In this document: positions 13,614 through 24,970 of the stretch, one piece after another
Position numbering within the stretch: position 1 is the first letter of the stretch
Layout: each line of letters starts with the position of its first letter
Origin: Eledone cirrhosa
Lineage: Eukaryota
Assembly: GCA_964016885.1 (NCBI GenBank)
Contig: CAXHJY010000899.1
Location: forward strand, 108,234 to 172,233
Reading direction: 5' to 3'
DNA length: 64,000 nt
Program-made: the position numbers and the translations under genes
The notes under the pieces: model-generated
The model's database searches: none
The model's input: the letters and a program-made list of their open reading frames with translations, nothing else
Told to the model about the DNA's origin: nothing

Positions 13614-13657
13614 ATGTCCGGAGCAAATTTTATCACTGATAAAATTTGCTCCGGACA

Positions 13658-13658
<1 letters not shown>
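13614..13658. repeat. Perfect 22-bp-arm palindrome capping a (TA)n-flanked insert
   Basis: atgtccggagcaaattttatca-c-tgataaaatttgctccggacat followed directly by (TA)n. Confidence 0.9.
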
Positions 13659-13689
<31 letters not shown>

Positions 13690-14411
13690 GTATGTACACA
13701 CGAATAACCAATGTATTGAGTGAGGCATCACCTGCTGAGGACATGCAATTGCCCAATTGCGTAATATCTGCTGATAATAAGCAATTTTCTGCACACTTTT
13801 CTGCAGTTTTAATAGCTGTTGTTATCATTTTACCATTTTTTTCAATTTACAGAGAAATATGTAAATTTTGATATGTTTACATGTCCATATAATCAATGTG
13901 TAAATTTATAATCAATGTGTAAATTTATATGTGCATTTTAGCAGTCCCAGTAACCTCTGTATTATATATACATATATAATTATATATACTTCTTTTTTCA
14001 ACCTCTAATGTCACTTTTTCTAATTTAGCCTCAATAAGCAATGTGTTGCAAATGTATATATAGTAGAAAGTGATACAAAATCTGAATTGTACAAAAAGAA
14101 ATCTATATACCTATAAATTATCAATTGAAATGTAAAAACGAAATGCTATCTTATTTACCACTAAACTAGGAAACCAAGTGGTGGGCACAGTACAGCAATG
14201 TTAGCAAAATGCCAGTCCTTGATCCAGAATTGTAACCATTTTAGCTTATAATTGATGTCAATTTATGCTTGACTAAAGGGCAAAAATGTCAACGGCCTAC
14301 AAACAGCTAAATAACATTCATGTCATATGTCTCCCTGTGATCTGGTTTTAAATTAACATTGTGTGATTTGATATAATACCTATGATGTATGTTAATGTGA
14401 TGTAGTAAATA

Positions 14412-14718
14412 TGTTGTATGTTATGTTGGAGGAACCCCTCCCTGGTTGGCCTGCACCACTTTCTGTTTGGTTTTGGTCATGTCTCATGGGTGTAGCTGTA
14501 ATCACCACACTTGGCCAATTGCAGGTTGATAGGGCTATTTAACCCATAGTTGGGGTGGATGGGCGTTGACTCTGAGGAGTTCAGCCACCCTATTAACAGC
14601 TCTTGTTTTTTGTGCTGCTGAAGTTCTACTTAGCATCCTCACACAACCAAGGTCTGGTGTTAAATGATACCAGTAGCAGGCAGAGGCCTGACCTGACTAC
14701 AGATATAATATAGCAACA
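14412..14718. mobile_element. Possible solo LTR
   Basis: TG...CA termini with imperfect terminal inverted repeats (tgttgtatgttatgt / atataatatagcaaca), a GC-richer interior with TATA-like gctatttaac, and imperfect 4-bp flanks (aata/cata). Confidence 0.4.
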
Positions 14719-14893
14719 CATATATTCAAAGCTAGATTTAAGCAACCAGGAGGCCTGGGCTTGAGAAGATACCTGCTGACCTCAAAAACAGAAATTACAC
14801 CCAATAAAAAAAAAAATGCATTTAATAGCAATTATATTCTAGATTTTTAACAAAAATGTCATGTTTCAAAGCTATATTTTAATTAATATATAT

Positions 14894-15116
14894 AGGGCTG
14901 GGGTCCCTATCATTCCACTGCAAAGTGGTCGTGGAGGTGCCCTGGCAAAAAAACACCCAGCACTCACTGTAAATGAGGTTGGTGTTAGGAAGGGCATCCA
15001 GCTGTAGAAATCAAGCCAGAATCCGTTCCCGTCCCACCCTTGCAAGCAGGGAAAAAGCGGACGTACAATGAAATGAAAAATGAAAATGAAAAAATAATCA
15101 TGATGATGATGATGAT
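14894..15116 (+). mobile_element. 5'-truncated tRNA/CORE/RTE-tail SINE
   Basis: Matches the 3' half of 19521-19871 and ends in (GAT)n. Confidence 0.85.
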
Positions 15117-15559
15117 CAGCAGCATCATCTCCGTTATAAATTCTATTGTCCATGCTTGCATGAGTGAGACAGACTGTCACATTATGAGACTAAACATGTT
15201 AAGTGACCATGTCTTCCTCATACAATTCCTTTTTGGCTTGGTTTTCTATGGCTGGATGCCCTTCCTCATTCCAACCATCTTACAGTAGAGTAGGTGCTTT
15301 TTGTTGTGTCACCAGCACAATCAATATATATAAAATGGAATATTTATTTAAAATGGGATGGGTACTCCTCGATTATGAGGACCTTGGCTGCTGCCTTCTT
15401 AGAACTACATGACATGATATAGTACATGTACTACATGATATAATAAAGTACATACTCTAAGTCGTATAATACACAATTTAGTACATATATATGCTGCAAT
15501 ACAATACACATGTCACATGATGTAACATATTGCCACCAATGATATATGATGTAAGAAAT

Positions 15560-15748
15560 AATTGTTTCTACTTTAGGCACAAGGCCAGCAATTACCCCAG
15601 TGCATTATTGGTGCTTTATTTTATCGACCCCATAAGGATGAAAGGCAAAGCTAACCTTGGCGGGATTTGAACTCAGAATGTAAAGAGACATCACTATGTT
15701 GCAAAGCATGGTGTCTGACGCTCTACCGATACTGCCAATCCACTGCCC
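15560..15748 (-). mobile_element. SINE family 2
   Basis: Reverse-complement match to 21371-21558. gatgtaagaaataat is repeated on both sides as a TSD. Confidence 0.85.
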
Positions 15749-17327
15749 GATGTAAGAAATAATACATTTTAAAAACAGGGAATACTATAATAGATCAATT
15801 TCTTCAAGTATTACAGGTACCTATTTTATCCTATATGGAGAGATGGTAATGAATGAGTACACCAGAGGAATTTTTAAAAATGCATGGAACTAAGATGCTA
15901 ATTAATAATCAGTCTGGGTTATCTTTGTAATCTATGTTTTAAATCAATTGACAAGATCCCAGACCTCATTCGCTTACTGAGTGGGTGGACCTCACCAAAT
16001 CAAACCAAGGATACATTGCTGCTACTATCTACCGGTCGCAACTCCTGGTAAGAAGAGAAACGAAGTAAAAGTGTCTTGCTCAAGGACATAACTCATTGCC
16101 TGGTCCAGAAATAAAATTCACAATTTCACGATTGTGAATCCAATTTTCTAGCCAGTAAGCCATGGCCCTTTACCATGTTCTTACTTCTTAAAACTGATAT
16201 GTAGTATTCTTTTTCCACATTTAATTATTTTTATATAACTTTTTACTGCTCCCTCATTAAGCCTTTCATTACCATAACTCTAATGAAATATACTGTTTTA
16301 ATTAAGTTAGAAGAATTTGAAGAGATTTAGCAAAATAATTAACTTCTTTTATTATTAATCTAGTGTCTGGAATCTAACTTAATAAAAAGGTTCTTACATA
16401 AATTTAAGATGAAAGGGTTTAATTCAAACATATTAAAATAGACAGGCTTCTACATAGAACCTGGGGACAGTCTCAAATAAGTTGGTATCAAAATTCTTAG
16501 GTATATTAAAAAAAACTTAGCTACTATTGTTTTTTGTTTGTTTTTTTTGTGAATGATGTCTGAATAAATGAATTTCGAAATTTTGAAGAAATTGTATATT
16601 ATCATTCACCTACACAATAAAAAATGTTTTCTCCTTTGTAGAAAATACTACTTAGCCTTCAAACAGTTACACAACTAGTTAGAAAACAGCAGCTAAATCT
16701 TTTTTCAAATCTCAGACTGTCTCAAAGGAAAAAGGGACACAAGACTTAAGACTAAACAACAACTACTGAAGGAGCCTCTACGTGGATGCTTAGCTTGTCA
16801 GAAATAGTAGCAAAATGTAAATAACATTGCACTCTCTTAAAAGGGGACAAAAGACATATTAGATGATATAGTCATAAATATAGAAAAAAATGGGATAATC
16901 ATGACTAAAATATTTTTCAGTCCACTCAGCTGAAAACGAGTATCAGACTTATGACTGAGTATTCTCAGTTGCATAATACCAATGAAACCAGGATAAGCAC
17001 TGGTTTGATCAGCCTCCAGGATTGGAAGAGACATTTTTGTTGCAGGTGTGAAGGGGTGGGTATGATGCCCCTGAATAAGGTATATAACGCTCTTTACAGC
17101 AGTTTGCCTGACTGAAAGAAGAGGTCCTATTCTTGCTTCAAAGTTGAGAGAGATTAAAAATAAAAGGGGTATCCAGTAATAAAACCATCTGTCCCCACCC
17201 AACAAAAAATATATAACCTAGCCATTCTAGCATAGCAAACGGGTATAAAACACCTAAAATCAAATTAGAATTATCTCTCTAGTTTTTTAACAATAGTTAA
17301 GTATTACAGGGCAAAAACAGAGCCTCA

Positions 17328-17548
17328 TGAGTGAACAAAGGAGCATCTAACCTATTGCTTGATTTGCTAGAGATAAAAGTCAAATTTCTCTCAAATCACA
17401 TATTACTGCCATGGGGGAAGAAAGGACACATTAGATTATGCAATCTTAGTTGACTATAAAAAAGTGCAATGATCACAAATGGGATGTCTTTAATCATTGG
17501 TGAGCTTTATCAGGGCTGACCTGGTCCTAAACAATGACAACAACAACA
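17328..17548 (+). repeat. Unit of a ~200-bp dispersed repeat with a gctagaaatagcagccaaatctc-type head and (AAC)n tail
   Basis: Related units at 16650-16920, 29435-29580, 51808-51985 and 52674-53060, with inverted pieces at 27920-28005, 31620-31690, 50790-50850 and 52010-52100. Confidence 0.65.
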
Positions 17549-18252
17549 TATTGCAAGAGAGAGATGGCAACTGACTGAATACTCTCATATAAAATGATTA
17601 TCATCATTGCAGTTTTTCCCCCCTCTGTATATCTATCTGCTAAAAAAAAAAGAAATCTTTGAAAAACTTGAGGAGTTTTATTTCTTCTGTGTATAATTTA
17701 TTCTAAGAAGTCCACTTAGCACTAATATATGTTAAAATAGTTTGGATGTTGGGTATATTAAGCCAATCATCCATCTATTGAGAAGACAAAATTATATGCA
17801 AGAGAGAGTCATCAGCATCTTTAACATCTTGGTAGTTTTTTTCTTAAGAAAAAGGCATAAGGATAAATATGTCTGGAAGAAAGAAAAAGTAGTCAAATCA
17901 ACATTATATATAATTGGTGTTGATATGTATATATATATTTATACATACACAGAGTGAGTAACTGAGACAGCACCAATATGCATATAACTATACATATTTT
18001 TAATATGTAGACATGTAAACATACCAGAAAATATGCAATTCCCTGTAAATTGATACACAGCTCCCATTGAAGACCCAACTATTTCTGAAAATGGATTAAT
18101 GGCTTTTTATCATTTTTTCAATTGACAGTGAAATTTGTATTTTCTGACACGTTTTATGTCCACATTTGTACAATATTGGTTAGTCATTCTGTATATATAC
18201 AGATACAACTTTATTGTGTACTTCGGCTGCTTAGCACACACCTTAATGTGTG

Positions 18253-18292
<40 letters not shown>

Positions 18293-19462
18293 CATCATCA
18301 TCGCCATTTAACGTCCATTTTCCACACACATACATGCGCACACATATATAAGAGAGAAGAAGGAGAGAGAGAGAATAAACACTGAAATATAAAATTAATA
18401 AAAAAAGCAACAAACCTGACAAAATACAGTGCATAAAGTAAATAAAAAAAAGATTTGTATTGAATACAAAACCAAGGTAAAAGATAACCTTTTAGCTGTT
18501 CAAGGTAAAGTATAAAATATTGAAAATAATTAGGAATAAAATTTAAAAAAACATAAATGTAACACCCCCACAAAGTATTTTTAACCTTTTTACATTTTAT
18601 TTCTAGATTAGTTGAATGTTTAAGTATATACTTTTTATATTTCCATAAATAATTTAGCTGGCAATCAATGTTTATCATTGATTGACCAACCGTTAAAAAT
18701 ATAAATATAGATATTATTTCTCAGAGTTCTTTCGTCACACATTTCTGTTGCATCTTCAGTGATTATTGCTGTTTCCTCTGGTTGTGTTTCTATAACGTTT
18801 TTGTTTTTTTTTGTTTTTTCTGTTCGCGCATGCATTTGTGAACAATATCAGGACAACATGACCTTCCCCAAATGTAACAATACTAGTTGAATGTTTCCAA
18901 AAAATTTCCAAAGAAAATACTTGATAACTAGATGTCTTTCTAATGGCAACTAATTTTTTTTTTTTTTTTTTTTAATCCATATTGTCTAGACATGTTTCAG
19001 AGAGTTTGAACACATAACCATTAGCATCCTTAAAATAAGAACAATATAGTAAAACAAAAATTATTCCCAAATCATTAGAGAATACTATGTATTCTCAGCA
19101 GTTCCAGTGAGTAGCAGACACAAGAATACACAATCTTGATAAGGAGCAAACACTCTGAAAAAATTCTCGATTGTTTTCTGTCAACTACCACTAAACAAAA
19201 GGATGAAGTTGTTCATCTAAAAACACACATGGTGTTTATGAGGCTGTTTGCTTGCAAACAGCCTGAATATTAATGCTATGATATTATTATAATATTATTA
19301 TTATTCACTCACGGATACATTAAAGAAAAGCAACTATTGAAAGAGAACCATCGCCATGTAACAAAGATAACAAGCACACTTGTATAATGAAAATCCAATC
19401 TTAATATATAAGAAAATAAATATATGAATATGTATCTTAAGTTGTAAGCTGAAATTTACAAA

Positions 19463-19508
<46 letters not shown>

Positions 19509-19520
19509 ACTAAGCCATGT

Positions 19521-19871
19521 GGAGGCACATGGCTTAGTGGTTAGAGCATTGGCCTTGCAATCGAAAGGTTGTGAGTTCAATTCTCAGACCGGGTGATGTG
19601 TTGTTTCCTTGAGCAAGACACTTTATTTCACATTGCTCCAGTTTACTCAGCTGTAGAAATGAGATGATATGGACTTGAGTCCCTATCATTCCACTGCAAA
19701 GTGGTCGTGGAGGTGCCACGGCAAAAAAAGCACCCAGCACTCACTGTAAATGAGGTTGGTGTTAGGAAGGGCATCCAGCTGTAGAAATCAAGCCAGAATC
19801 AGTTCCCGTCCCACCCTTGCAAGCAGGGAAAAGTGGACGTAAAATGAAATGATGATGATGATGATGATGAT
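19521..19871 (+). mobile_element. Full-length tRNA/CORE/RTE-tail SINE
   Basis: A and B boxes, CORE-like middle, RTE-derived tail and (GAT)n. Inserted between (TA)n tracts. Confidence 0.9.
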
Positions 19872-19937
19872 ATATATATAATTTTCTGATGATTTCTCCG
19901 GAATGAAATAGTTCTAGTCCTGTAGAAGCTTTTCTAC

Positions 19938-19971
<34 letters not shown>

Positions 19972-20269
19972 CCAGCATGGCCTCAGCCCCTCGACTGAAA
20001 CACAAAAAAAAAATATAAAGAATGGCTAAAAAAAAGGGAAACAGCCACAAATTAAGAACTGGAGAGCCTACTCATACCTATCCACCACTACCCGGATTAT
20101 TTTTCCTCTAAAAAAATAAGTACCTCCCTACCCTACAGAGAGCCTACAAAAGAAACATAGAACTGAGCGATATTGTCATGTGTTACACTCACTCACCATG
20201 CTCACTTTCTGCTTCAAGTGATAACAACAGTTCTAAAAACAGATATTCAAGTAGAAAAAATAAGCACTA

Positions 20270-20460
20270 ATGGTTTTTGATTTAGGCACAAGGTCAACAA
20301 TTCTGGGGGGAGGGGAAAGTCCATTAAATCGACACCAGTGCATTACTGGTGCTATATTTTAGCAACCCTGTAAGGATGAAAGGCAAAGCTAACCTCAGCT
20401 GGATTTGAACTCAGAACTTAAAGGTCCATAATTCTATGCCGCGTAGCATGTTGTCCGTCA
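20270..20460 (-). mobile_element. SINE family 2, diverged variant with longer tail
   Basis: ggcacaaggtcaacaatt...aaggatgaaaggcaaagctaacctcagctggatttgaactcag. Confidence 0.7.
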
Positions 20461-20672
20461 CTTTACATTAATAAGAAGAGTTACTGAGTAGACAGACTGC
20501 TGACTTTACAGGATAAGATACACAAGGATATTCTTGATTGCCAGACAAGACTGATGTTTATGACAATGAGCACTGCCTAAATTATGAGATATCAAAAGCA
20601 CCAATAACAAAATTTACCGACTCTAAAGAGACAATTGATTATATTGTCTTCACTGAAACATCCATAAATATC

Positions 20673-20815
20673 ATAATTGTTTCTACTTTTGGCACAAGGC
20701 CAGCAATTACCCAGTACATTACTGGTACTTTATTTTATCGACCCCGTAAGGATGAAAGGCAAAGTTGACCTCGGCGGGATTTGAACTCAGAATGGAAAGG
20801 GCCGTAATTCTATGC
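20673..20815 (-). mobile_element. SINE family 2, 5'-truncated
   Basis: Reverse-complement match to 21371-21558. Confidence 0.85.
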
Positions 20816-21370
20816 GTCAATAGTAAATGCTTCCGTCCTAGTCATTATTTTAAGTTATCACACCCCTAAGTATTTAGTCACAAAAAATATTTGTTCTGCC
20901 CTATTGTGTAGCTATGGCTCGACTAATGCTTTATGAGTGGAATTTGGTAGATGGAAACTGTGTGGAAGCCCATCATACTGTGCATGTGTGCATATTTGTA
21001 TTTGTGTGCGTGTATGTGCATGTGCACCCTTGTCTTTGTTTACTTGTTAAAAAAAAATAGAGATCAATAAAATAACTACCAGACTTGAAAAAATAAATAC
21101 TAGGGTTGATCACATTGACTAAATATATTGAAGGCAGTATAGTACCATAAGCATGACTGCAGTCTAATAACATGAACCAGTAAAAAAGTAATATTTAAAT
21201 AACAAGGTTGTGCCCTTTCAGTTTAGTAAGACTGAAAGGGCATAAATAACCCTTTACTTCAGATTAAACCAATAAATAAAGAATAAATATGTCTGAACTT
21301 GTCACTCTACTGCTAAAATCAGACATGCTCCTTATTACACTGTCTACATTCTATTATTAATTAAAATTAA

Positions 21371-21558
21371 GGGCGGTGGATTGGCAGTATCAGTAGAGGG
21401 TCGGACGCCATGCTTTCCAGCATAGTTACGTCCCTTTACGATCTGAGTTCAAATCCTACTGAGGTTAACTTTGCCTTTCATCCTTACGGGGGTCGATAAA
21501 ATAAAGTACCAGTAATGCACTGGGTATTTGCTGGCCTTGTGCCTAAAGTAGAAATAAT
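21371..21558 (+). mobile_element. Full-length tRNA-derived SINE family 2, with a central domain resembling Meta-type SINE domains
   Basis: A-box-like tggcagtatcagtag, B box gagttcaaatcc, central gcctttcatccttacgggggtcgataaaataaagtacc. The 17-bp TSD attattaattaaaatta is present on both sides. The domain name is from recall and needs alignment. Confidence 0.85.
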
Positions 21559-21787
21559 TATTAATTAAAATTACAAGGTTGTCAAGAACTGATCGTTAAG
21601 CTAAAGAGTTTTTCTACTCCCCACAAATGTAAATATGGTTAGTTAAAATTTGTTTATTAACTACATTATCCCCTTTGATACAGACCTGCCTGAAACCATT
21701 CTGGTTTTAAGATAGAAAACTGCTCATTTTAAAATATTTATACTTGTGATCTATTTTTAGAAATGTTGAGTGGATATCTAATATCTA

Positions 21788-21975
21788 GGTGGATTGGCAG
21801 TATCAGTAAAGGGTCGGACGCCATGCTTTGCAGCACAGTTACGTCCTTTTACAGACTGAGTTCAAATCCCACCGAGGTTAACTTTGCTTTTCATCCTTAC
21901 GGGGTCGATAAAATAAAGTACCAGCAATACACTGGGATAATTGCTGGCCTTGTGCCAAAAGTAGAAACAATTATT
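21788..21975 (+). mobile_element. SINE family 2
   Basis: Near-identical to 21371-21558. Confidence 0.85.
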
Positions 21976-22147
21976 AATTTAGAAGCTTCAACATACTTTT
22001 ATATCTATGAAAAATAGTCAATCAAATTGGGCATAGAAATCCCTGAACAGAAAAGGTGCTGTCAACTTTTTTCCATCCAGGGACTTTTTATGCCCTGTTT
22101 GTTAGACTATTTTCACAATCATAAAGATACATTGAAGTTTCTAAATT
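21976..22147. repeat. Imperfect foldback element (MITE-like)
   Basis: aatttagaagcttcaa...tgaaaaatagtc...gggcatagaaatccctg is mirrored by cagggactttttatgccc...gactattttca...ttgaagtttctaaatt. Confidence 0.7.
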
Positions 22148-22165
22148 TTCAATAAATTCATACTT

Positions 22166-22443
22166 GTATTGAAACTTACCATCATAAATTCTTAGAAAAT
22201 GTAGAATCCCTAAAACAGAAAATAATTGTAGCCACAGTCCATTGCTATAAACAATAGCTTAGAAGATCAGGCAAAGTACCTTTAACTAGCAGCAACTGCT
22301 GGTCACTTCTTTCTGTCTATAGGGCTACTTTACCCAATTTTTTAAGCTATTGTTTATAGCAATGGACTGTGGCTGCAGTTATTTTCTACATTTGGGATCC
22401 CTACATCTTCTAAGAATTTAAAATCTAACCAATGTTTCAATAC
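22166..22443. repeat. Foldback element with ~100-bp imperfect arms (MITE-like)
   Basis: The core agccacagtccattgctataaacaatagctta is perfectly mirrored by taagctattgtttatagcaatggactgtggct, with further matches outward (aaattcttagaa/ttctaagaattt, gtattgaaac/gtttcaatac). Confidence 0.8.
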
Positions 22444-24346
22444 TTTATATTTACAATGTTCCTCCCATCATAATCTTATATAAGAAATTTTTGTAGAGTA
22501 ATGTTCCAAATATCAGCACCCTGCTTTTATGATACAAGACTTCCCACTGATATAAAACCTGCCATCATAATTTTTGTTAGTAATGTTCCAAATACCAGCT
22601 TAGTAATAAAAAAAAAGTCAGTTATTTTATTAAATTCCACTAATTTTTCAATTATCTTAAAAATTAACTGAAACACATAAGCAGTATATTTCATTAGAAT
22701 TATAATAATGAAAGAGTTAAGTGTGTTAGCCCTGACCTTATCATATGACAACAGCAGCTTTGTACACTGGAAACCCTACCATAACATCAAGTTAGCAAGA
22801 CATGACTCCTGACTAATATTATCTGAACACAATGATGCCTTTCACATTGACAAAGACAAACCATCCCAATAGGATTATCAAGTTATTATATTTAATATTG
22901 TTTTACAGCTATTTTTTTATGTTTGCATAAGAGGATGAATTACATTTTGAGAACCTCCGATCTAAAATGTCCTTTCTTTAGTTATAGGTGCAGGGCATAT
23001 GTGTTCAAAAGAGATTTTACCGATACTTCTAGCATGTGAAGTGATCTTGTAATGGTTCCATCTATAGCTGGATGTTCTGTCTACCACTAACTACTCAACA
23101 GAAAAGAGCAGCAGTTGCTCATTTAGACAGATTGGAACAAGCAGATTCAGATGACTTACTCATTTTAGGTGTCTTGTATCTGGGGATCATAATCATCCTC
23201 ATTTTACATCTGTTCCCATGCTTGCATGGATTGGATTGATTATCACTGACTGAGACTAGACTGGACAGAGACTGGTCACATCCTACCCATATGTTCCATA
23301 TTTGACAGGGTTTCTATGACTGAATATCCTTCCTTGCAACAATCACTTTACAGTGTGTATTGAGTGCATTTTATTGTGGCATCAGCACTATCATTTTACA
23401 AAGTGTATCAGGTGTATTTTACCATGGCAACAGCACTATAATAAGAGTTGCAATATAATAACAGTTGAAATATTTAAAACTATGACTAGGTGGTCAGCAA
23501 CTGTTGACTTAAAGTTGTACAAAGAACAAAACGAAAAAAAACATTGGCCACAACAACCTTACATGTCTTGGAGTAGACCATTAAAAAAAAAATGAAAATC
23601 AAAAATAATGACCATCTTAACTTCACTGCAATTAACAGAGTAAAAGAGTATTGCGGTGGTTTGACTTAACAACTTTTAACCTCCTGTATTGCATGAAACC
23701 ATATTAACAAGAATTCTTGAAAAATATAAAAAGGCTAATGACTGCATCACATAAAAAAAGTTAGTCTTTACTGCAATTTTTCACAAACATATGCCCACTT
23801 GATACAATAAACATTAGAAATAACAATCCTACTTTTAGATATTTTCTGCTCTAATCATTTGAGGATGTTAAGAGTTAATGTCTAACTTGAAAAAAAAAAA
23901 AAAAGAAAGAAAAAGTATTCTAAAAACCTAACTGATAACATTTTTCTGCAGAAAAAAAATCAGAGAAATTATTGCTACAAAAACACAGGATGGAAGTTGT
24001 GATAATCTTTATTATCACTAGATTAATAAATATATCAAGTCACAGAACTAACACTCATAAGTCACAAGACTAACATGCTAACACATCAAAATCACAGGAT
24101 TAGCAAACAACCTTATCAAAATGAAAGTACTAATACACAAACATAGGAATGTCTCAGGAAACGCGCATACACACACAAGTCACAAACTAACACATTATAA
24201 TATCAAAGTCACACCAGGCCACATGATTGAGACACAAACATATCAGATTCACACAACCAAGACACAAACATATTGAAGTCACGTGATTGTGAAACAAACA
24301 TATTGAAATCACATGACTGAAACTTGAACATATCGAAATCACATGA

Positions 24347-24556
24347 CATATTGATGTCACATGACAGACTCAAACATTTTGATGTCACATGACAGACTCA
24401 AACATATTGATGTCACATGGCAGACTCAAACATATTGATGTCACATGGCAGACTCAAACATATTGATGTCACATGGCAGGCTCAAACATATTGATGTCAC
24501 ATGGCAGACTCAAACATATTGATGTCACATGGCAGACTCAAACATATTGATGTCAT
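24347..24556. repeat. 28-bp minisatellite, about 7.5 copies
   Basis: Unit catattgatgtcacatggcagactcaaa in tandem with no spacers. Degenerate units extend back to about 24030. Confidence 0.95.
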
Positions 24557-24619
24557 AGCCTAAAGACATGAAGTTACAGGACTAAGACACAAATTTACAA
24601 AGACAGCAACTAAGTCTTA

Positions 24620-24970
24620 GAAGAAGACCCCCCCCCCCCATCTTCAGTTATAACTAACCATGGGCTTTGCACCTATGACTGACAGAGCATGGGTGTGCCT
24701 CTCCAAAGCACAAGCTTGGGCAGGGTGTTTAGTGGAAGACCAGCAATTTTTTTCCTCACCACGATACCAATGTTGTCCAAGGGAAAAGAAAAGGCAAACA
24801 CAGCTTGGCATCAGTATTGTTACAACTCATTTTTTCCAGCTGTGTGGACTGCAACAACATGGAATTGAATGTCTTGATCAAAGACACAATGTGATGGCTG
24901 ATCCAGAAATTAAACTTATAACCTTATGATACTGAGTACAGGATTCTAACTGCTAACCCACAAGTCTTCA
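24620..24970 (-). mobile_element. Old tRNA/CORE-like SINE
   Basis: The reverse complement has a tRNA-like head and cattgtgtctttgatcaagaca...gtccacacagctggaaaaaatg. Similar to 1-225 and 27237-27580. Confidence 0.55.

Noticed and set aside
19521-19595. tRNA gene
   Set aside because: The tRNA-like A/B boxes are the head of a multi-copy SINE, and no complete cloverleaf is evident.
24347-24556. CRISPR-like 28-bp repeat
   Set aside because: The units are contiguous with no unique spacers, no cas genes are present, and the context is eukaryotic.
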